Part shown: piece after piece, positions 58,273-64,000 of the stretch
Layout: the number at the start of each line of letters is the position of its first letter
Numbering within the stretch: the stretch's first letter is position 1
Assembly (NCBI GenBank): GCA_902524285.1
Contig: CABZCR010000005.1
Location: 6,441 to 70,440, forward strand
DNA length: 64,000 nt
Source: an uncultured Pelagibacteraceae bacterium
Lineage (GTDB): Bacteria > Pseudomonadota > Alphaproteobacteria > Pelagibacterales > AG-422-B15
Direction: 5' to 3'
Made by a program: the position numbers and the translations under genes
The notes under the pieces: model-generated
Database searches by the model: none
Told to the model about the DNA's origin: nothing
What the model saw: the letters and a program-made list of their open reading frames with translations, nothing else

Positions 58273-59326
58273 ACTCTTTACGAATTCTTCTAACCAATTC
58301 CAGCTCTGATTGAAAATCAACATAATGGGGTAACTTTAAATGTTCCAAAAACCCAGTTGCCTGTATATTATCACAATGTGACAATACAAACTCTTCATCC
58401 TGAGCAGGTGCTCCGACAAACTCTTCACCAATTTCTTTCCACCTTAATGCCCTATCGACTAGGGCCATTGATACTGCCTTTCTTTCTAATTGACCAAATG
58501 TCAAACCATATCCTCGTGTAAATTGTGCGGGTGTTTTTTTGCTTCCTTGAAATTGATTTACACTCTCGCACTCAGTAACAATTATTTCTGCAATATCGAT
58601 CTCAATGTCTAATTCTGGAATGTTGTACTTAACTTTTACATAACCAATTCTTAATTCACCTACAAAAGCATGATTTCTAGCGTAGCCTCTTTGAGTTGAA
58701 TAAGCTAAAGCAAGAAGAAATCCTTCATCGGCTCTAGAAAGTGATTGTAACCTCTCACTTCTATTAGCTGGAAACTCAAGTGGATTTCTTGTGATGTCTT
58801 TTGGCTGATAATTATTATTTTTTTCTTTTTGAATAAGGCCTTCTTTATTTAAAAATCTCAGTACGTGAGGTATTTTTTCCTTTAATACTTTTCGTTTTTC
58901 TGCCTTAGGTATATTGCCTTCAGCCAGTAAACTAAAGTCTAAAAGTCTGTGTGTATAATCAAATGTAGGCCCCAATTTTTGTTTTCCAGGAATATCTTTA
59001 TAAGTTGCTGAGATTCTTCTCATGCATACCATATCTTCTGTTTTAATAGGGGGGGATGTTCCAAATCTTGGTAGAGTTGTACGATAGGCCCTGATTAAGA
59101 AGATGGCTTCAATAAGGTCACCTCTTGATTGTTTTATGGCGAGAGCTGCTAGATCAGTATCATATAATGATCCTTCTGACATGACCCTTTCAACAGACAA
59201 TGTCAACTGTTCTTTAATTTGATCAATTTCGAGGTTGGGAACATTAACATCACCTCTCCTTATTTCTGAAAGCCAATTATGAGCATTTTCAATTGCTTTT
59301 TCACCACCTTTAACAGCTACATACAT
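58256..59326 (-). CDS. phnI: C-P lyase subunit
   Basis: MYVAVKGGEKAI and HLKLPHYVDFQSEL motifs. Confidence 0.97.
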   Translation of the reverse strand: MYVAVKGGEKAIENAHNWLSEIRRGDVNVPNLEIDQIKEQLTLSVERVMSEGSLYDTDLAALAIKQSRGDLIEAIFLIRAYRTTLPRFGTSPPIKTEDMVCMRRISATYKDIPGKQKLGPTFDYTHRLLDFSLLAEGNIPKAEKRKVLKEKIPHVLRFLNKEGLIQKEKNNNYQPKDITRNPLEFPANRSERLQSLSRADEGFLLALAYSTQRGYARNHAFVGELRIGYVKVKYNIPELDIEIDIAEIIVTECESVNQFQGSKKTPAQFTRGYGLTFGQLERKAVSMALVDRALRWKEIGEEFVGAPAQDEEFVLSHCDNIQATGFLEHLKLPHYVDFQSELELVRRIRKEYEKNK

Positions 59327-59331
59327 AGAAA

Positions 59332-59898
59332 CTATCCTTTCTTTTTAATTTTTATTGATCTTGGAATGCAAAAAAAATTGCTTTTATTGGTAAAATAGAA
59401 ATCTATACCAAGGGGGAAGGAGTTATTTACATCACTTATTTTATTCGCATGTGGTAAGTAGATATCTTTGCTACCTTTGATACCGGGCCCCGAAATACTT
59501 ACATTGTCTGATTTAAAGGGTGTCTCAATTATTAATGTACATGATCTATCCGGAAACTCGTCTGATCCTCTAGAGAACTCTGTAAGGGGCAACATGTCAT
59601 GGAAAGTACCAATTGCAAAATTTGCAAATTTTTTATCTACTATTTTAGAGTTTGTATGAAAGGCTACCCAATCTCTTAAGGATTTAGTGTCTAATGATTT
59701 TCCAATATAAATGGTGCTGGTGTGATCGCACATAGTGGACAAAATAGAAGCTGAAGATGTAGAAATTTGTTTAGGTTTATTTATCTCTAAAAACTTTTCA
59801 ATTGATCCAGGATAAGAAGTTGCAAACAATATAGCTCTGAATGCATCGGCTTTTATAATAGACTCGTTTTCATTTGTATTAATCATTTCAAGTTTCAC
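59332..59898 (-). CDS. phnH: C-P lyase subunit
   Basis: FRAIL...PG, FHT, PDRSCTLI, GPGI and FPLGID motifs. Confidence 0.9.
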   Translation of the reverse strand: MKLEMINTNENESIIKADAFRAILFATSYPGSIEKFLEINKPKQISTSSASILSTMCDHTSTIYIGKSLDTKSLRDWVAFHTNSKIVDKKFANFAIGTFHDMLPLTEFSRGSDEFPDRSCTLIIETPFKSDNVSISGPGIKGSKDIYLPHANKISDVNNSFPLGIDFYFTNKSNFFCIPRSIKIKKKG

Positions 59899-60319
59899 CT
59901 CGCACCAATGTAAAGAAATCGACAGCTGTTGACTCTGATTTTGACATTACATCTTTTTTTAAATTTTTATCGCTTACAACTAGAGGGCGTATTATATTTT
60001 TGATTAAAAAATCTCTTTTATTTGTTTGCAGTAAAGCATCGCATATAGCAACAATTTCAGCCTTATGTTTATTTCTTCCTTGCACATATCCGTGACCAAT
60101 TTTTCCTTGTGAGGTTTTCAATTGACAACGGGTAATAGTAACTTCACCAAAATTGAAATTATTTCCTGTTACTCCAATTTTTCCTTGACACATTATACTG
60201 CCTATTTCCGGTTTTCTAAGCCATGTGAAATTTACCTCAATACCAAATTTTTCCCAAAGAGAAGTTAGGTGGGCATCATTACATGTAGCCAATGTACTAA
60301 GCCAAAATTTTCTTTCCAT
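59888..60319 (-). CDS. phnG: C-P lyase subunit
   Basis: RKPEIG, FNFGEVTITRC and VDFFTLVRGE motifs. Confidence 0.93.
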   Translation of the reverse strand: MERKFWLSTLATCNDAHLTSLWEKFGIEVNFTWLRKPEIGSIMCQGKIGVTGNNFNFGEVTITRCQLKTSQGKIGHGYVQGRNKHKAEIVAICDALLQTNKRDFLIKNIIRPLVVSDKNLKKDVMSKSESTAVDFFTLVRGET

Positions 60320-60325
60320 ATTAAT

Positions 60326-60399
60326 CTATACAACTATACAAGTATACTATATTAATTATGCCGATTCTTTTCAATTTATTTATTAAAATTATGTTACAA
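60326..60399 (-). promoter_or_regulatory. phnG promoter: Pho-box-like repeat, TTGAAA-17-TATAGT, and candidate PhnF operator repeats
   Basis: Minus TTGTAAC-ataa-TTTTAAT (60382-60399); tandem TTGTATAG just downstream of the -10. Confidence 0.55.
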
Positions 60400-60406
60400 T
60401 AACTAA

Positions 60407-61108
60407 ATGTTTGCCTGGGAAGAAATAAGGGACTCAATAAAAAAAGATATTATTGATCGTAAGCTTCGATTAGGGGAAAAAATCTATTCTGAAAACTATT
60501 ATGCTAAGCTTTTTAAGGTGAATAGGCATACAGTTAGACGTGGAATCGAGGCCCTTAAAAAAGAAAATATCATTTATTCGAGAAGAGGTTTAGGATATTT
60601 TCTTAACTCTAAGAAAATAAATTATAAAATCGGAAAAACAGTAAGGGCATCACAGAATTTAAATCAAGAGACTACTGATATTGCTGTAGATATTATTTCT
60701 ATAGATAAGAGAAAAGGGTACAGCAATGAAATAAGAGAATTTAATTTAAAAAAAAATGATTCAGTTTTCTATATTTATACAATCTCTAAAGCTAATGGTA
60801 TTCCACTTATTTTAACAGAAAGATTAGTCCCAGAAAAAAGATTTAAAAATTTTGATTTATTTTTTCGTAAAACTGGCTCTATGACATTGTCCTTTAATAA
60901 ATATGGATTAAAAAAAATATATAGAAAAAAAACAACAGTATCAGCAGAGAGTGCGAATAATGTACAATCCAAATATTTAAAAATAAATATCGGAGACCCG
61001 TTAATACATACAAAAGCAATAAATACAGATATTAATAACAAACCAATTGAGATAAGTGATAGTTATTTCGTTGGAAGTAAAATTCAATTAGAAGTAAGCA
61101 AATTATAA
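60407..61108 (+). CDS. phnF: GntR/HutC-family phosphonate regulator
   Basis: SE..YAKLFKVNRHTVRR HTH plus UTRA-like domain; divergent from phnG. Confidence 0.9.
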   Translation: MFAWEEIRDSIKKDIIDRKLRLGEKIYSENYYAKLFKVNRHTVRRGIEALKKENIIYSRRGLGYFLNSKKINYKIGKTVRASQNLNQETTDIAVDIISIDKRKGYSNEIREFNLKKNDSVFYIYTISKANGIPLILTERLVPEKRFKNFDLFFRKTGSMTLSFNKYGLKKIYRKKTTVSAESANNVQSKYLKINIGDPLIHTKAINTDINNKPIEISDSYFVGSKIQLEVSKL

Positions 61109-62320
61109 TTATTTGTGCATTTGATTTGTAGGTTTCTCGAAAATTATTAGTGAGAAAGAAAACGCTGATAGGATTGCAGTTATTACAATCGTAATCGTAA
61201 ATAAGTTTAAATTATACGCAAAAAGAAGTGCACCTAATGCTGGACCTACGGCAAAGCTAATGCTCCTTGAAAGGGCCATCCACCCTTTAGCTTGGCCATA
61301 AATTTGTGACTCAAAATACATATTGGTGACATAACCATATGTTATTGTTAAAACACCGTGACCCATTCCGAAAAAAGCCATACTAATTGCGGCAACAAAA
61401 ATATTATTTGTAAATTGAGCTGTAAAAATTGAAAAAATAACAAACAAAAAGGCTATTAAGCCTGTATATCTTGCGTCGTAATGCTTTCCAATTTTCATTT
61501 CCAAGTATCTTCCTACAAGTTGAAACGGGCCATATATACTCGCAAGTACAACCGCGATACTAATGTCATTAAATGTTTCTGTAAAAAAATTTACTAATGC
61601 AAGGGTAAATGCTACAAAAAAAAAATTTTGTAAAGAAGAGGATATTGTAATATAAAAAAATGATCTCTTTTGTGTCTTCTTTAGCTCATTCCAATTAAAT
61701 AATAACTTACTTTCATTTAAGTATTCTATATTTGATTTGTATTTCATTTCCTTTGAGGACACAAGTACATAGCCAATTAATAAAATAATTGAAGTAAATA
61801 AACACGTATAGAATAAACCTACATTGTATATAAGTGGATAAATTGAAAGCCAGGTAATAGTGCTTGCTACCGCTCCATAAAAAGTAATTATTGAAATATT
61901 TTTTCTAGAATTAATTTCATCCATTTGGACTGCCGCATTAAACGCTACCTCATAGGTTGACATACCAAGCCCCAAGGTAATTAGAAACATAGAAATAAAC
62001 ACCCACAATACATTTTTGAAAATAAATAAATCAATCTCTGTTATTCCAATAAAAATTGAGCCTATCATACCTAATAACAGGCCGTATTTAATTACGATTA
62101 GGCTTCCATGATGGTCTGACCATTTTCCAATCCGAGGCGCTAATAGGGCTTGAAATAACAGTGCTAAACTAAACATTGTGAGAATTAATTCCTCACTTAA
62201 ATTGGTGTGCAGTGAGATATACTCTTTTAATGGGGCAATAGTATAGAATAAAAATCCGTAACCAATGATTGTTACAATTCCAATAGTATGAACAGGAAAT
62301 AAACTATTATTTTCTTTCAA
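61109..62320 (-). CDS. MFS transporter, ArsK-like
   Basis: IIGYG.LFY, YEVAFNA.VQ and ASTITW motifs; ~12 TMs. Confidence 0.65.
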   Translation of the reverse strand: MKENNSLFPVHTIGIVTIIGYGFLFYTIAPLKEYISLHTNLSEELILTMFSLALLFQALLAPRIGKWSDHHGSLIVIKYGLLLGMIGSIFIGITEIDLFIFKNVLWVFISMFLITLGLGMSTYEVAFNAAVQMDEINSRKNISIITFYGAVASTITWLSIYPLIYNVGLFYTCLFTSIILLIGYVLVSSKEMKYKSNIEYLNESKLLFNWNELKKTQKRSFFYITISSSLQNFFFVAFTLALVNFFTETFNDISIAVVLASIYGPFQLVGRYLEMKIGKHYDARYTGLIAFLFVIFSIFTAQFTNNIFVAAISMAFFGMGHGVLTITYGYVTNMYFESQIYGQAKGWMALSRSISFAVGPALGALLFAYNLNLFTITIVITAILSAFSFSLIIFEKPTNQMHK

Positions 62321-62452
62321 CTTGATGCCTGTTTAGTATTTATTTTTATAAGTCATTGAATAAATTTGTTATTTTTACAATAGTTAAAAAATAGATTGTT
62401 TACCAATTTTTAAATATTACAAAAATGTTAAGAAATATTACAATAATATTAC

Positions 62453-62797
62453 ATGAAACGATTCGTGCTTTTAATGTTCATTTTTAAAATTCTGCTGAGC
62501 ACAAACATCTATGCTGACGACTTTAAGAGTTGTATAGCTTATTTTCAAAACACTTCATCTCTAGAAATAGGGTACGATGAGACAATAATTAATTGTGAAA
62601 TATATTTTAATACTCATCCTAGCAGTAACTTCAATGAGTATAGTCTTTGTATGTTGCAGAATATTAAATCAGCTAAAAATATTGATGATTATTTTTATGA
62701 GTCAGACCAATGTGTGATTAATCACTGTTCTTCTAATTTAGAAACTTTTTTTAATGGTAGTGATCCTGGCTTTTGTACGTTATTAGAAGAGGTGTAG
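62453..62797 (+). CDS. Secreted Cys-rich hypothetical protein
   Basis: Signal peptide; six Cys. Confidence 0.6.
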   Translation: MKRFVLLMFIFKILLSTNIYADDFKSCIAYFQNTSSLEIGYDETIINCEIYFNTHPSSNFNEYSLCMLQNIKSAKNIDDYFYESDQCVINHCSSNLETFFNGSDPGFCTLLEEV

Positions 62798-63235
62798 TTA
62801 AAAAATCTGCCACCATGACTTTTCTTTTTCATTTTCTGTCTCTTCTTGCAGTTCGTCTGACTCATTAACAATTCCAATTCTCATATCTTGTCCGGCAACA
62901 TTGCCTTCTCTCGCTATAGTTTGAGCCTCTTTCAATTTCATTTTTGCAAGGACGTTTTGATTTTTATTACACAATTCCATTCCTTCAAGCATTAAATTAT
63001 GTGCTTTCGTTGCTGAATCTGGGTCAGCTCGCTGTATATCGTTTTTAACTGATCCACGGAGCGTTAATACACTTAAATCTTCACAGTTTCCTATATTGCT
63101 CTCGTATGTACTTTCAGTATTGGTAGAATAGTCACTTCCAGCTTGCCCAATTGTATTGTCTTCATGACTGTCTGCAAGAGCAAGAGATGATAACATGTAC
63201 GACGTTATTAAAAAGAATTGAATAAATTTGGTCAT
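62798..63235 (-). CDS. Secreted acidic hypothetical protein
   Basis: Signal peptide ending ALA; two Cys; C-terminal KSWWQIF. Confidence 0.65.
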   Translation of the reverse strand: MTKFIQFFLITSYMLSSLALADSHEDNTIGQAGSDYSTNTESTYESNIGNCEDLSVLTLRGSVKNDIQRADPDSATKAHNLMLEGMELCNKNQNVLAKMKLKEAQTIAREGNVAGQDMRIGIVNESDELQEETENEKEKSWWQIF

Positions 63236-63288
63236 AATTAATGATACAAATAGATTGTTAAAAAAATATTAAGATCTCAAAAAAAAAA

Positions 63289-64000
63289 TTATTTTTTTGC
63301 CATTTTTGCCAATTGTAATTCTGCTCCTAGCGTTTCATCACCAATCAAAGCTCTTCTTACTTTTGCGGACATTGTATCCATGAAAATAACAACTCCTAAA
63401 ATCAATAATGACATATACATAACATTTTCCCAACTGGTACCCGTATTTATTGCTCCAAGTAATTGTAAACCTATGCCGCCTGCGCCCATGGCACCTATAA
63501 TAACAGCTCCTCTCGTGTTTGATTCTAAGTAGTAAAGAGTTTGGGAAATAAAAATAGGAAGTATTTGAGGTATAATTCCAAATCTGTGTTGAAGAGTTTT
63601 ATTCGCTCCCGTAGACTCTACACCTTCTTGTTGCTTTTCTTCAGTGTTTTCTATTGCTTCAGACATTAATTTTCCAAGAGTTCCTGTATCTGTAATTGCA
63701 ATAGCAAATATTCCAGTAAATGGTCCTGGTCCGAAGGCTCTTAAAAAAATTAAGCTCCAAATCAAAAAATCGATGCCTCTTAATGTATCAAATAACCGTC
63801 TTAATATCGTTCGAACAAATTTAAAAGGCGTTACATTGTAAGCTGCAAAAAATGCCAGAGGAAAACCCAGAAGAGCTGCTAGTAGGGTGCCCAATAGAGC
63901 CATAAAAATTGTCTCTAATAAAGCCCACAATATTTGTCCATGATGCCACATATCATTATTTAGAAATTCTTGAATTAGAAGCGAAAAATTTGAAATATTG
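63289..64000 (-). CDS. phnE: Phosphonate ABC permease (5' part outside the window)
   Basis: ETIFMALLGT, LGKLMSEAIE, ESNTR and GAGGIG motifs; frame open to the window end. Confidence 0.9.
   Translation of the reverse strand, partial: NISNFSLLIQEFLNNDMWHHGQILWALLETIFMALLGTLLAALLGFPLAFFAAYNVTPFKFVRTILRRLFDTLRGIDFLIWSLIFLRAFGPGPFTGIFAIAITDTGTLGKLMSEAIENTEEKQQEGVESTGANKTLQHRFGIIPQILPIFISQTLYYLESNTRGAVIIGAMGAGGIGLQLLGAINTGTSWENVMYMSLLILGVVIFMDTMSAKVRRALIGDETLGAELQLAKMAKK

Noticed and set aside
1185-63841. Many 60-130 aa antisense or alternate-frame ORFs (e.g. 2776-3159, 6529-6822, 21536-21898, 33571-33921, 50627-50920, 60775-61041)
   Set aside because: They lie inside well-supported genes and have no motifs; shadow ORFs.

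Overview
AT-rich, tightly packed 64-kb segment that looks like a streamlined marine alphaproteobacterium (HIMB59/SAR11-like gene content; taxonomy is inference). The left part (1-36 kb) carries lipid/isoprenoid catabolism and modification genes (AtuA-, AtuE- and AtuG-like proteins, acyl-CoA synthetase, cfa, desaturase), a LIV-type ABC transporter split into two oppositely oriented halves, and many small hypothetical genes. The right part (36.7-64 kb) is a phosphorus-starvation cluster: plcP-agt, porin, sixA, ppk-ppx, phoR, pstSCAB-phoU-phoB, arsC-aquaporin, C-P lyase phnGHIJKLN plus a frameshifted phnM, phnF and phnE, with several Pho-box-like promoters. The most unusual structure is at 27980-32259: two tandem cassettes (1579 and 2680 bp) with no integrase, inserted site-specifically into the last codons of the livG-like gene. 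Three copies of an 8-bp core (ATGGGGGA, minus strand) delimit them, and each has a conserved 144-bp right arm and a conserved left arm; cassette B's left end also has IHF-consensus sites and arm-type repeats. A second candidate is a Pho-box-associated hairpin RNA with an anti-Shine-Dalgarno loop opposite plcP. No rRNA, tRNA, CRISPR array or recombinase gene was recognised. All calls come from reading the sequence; no searches were run.
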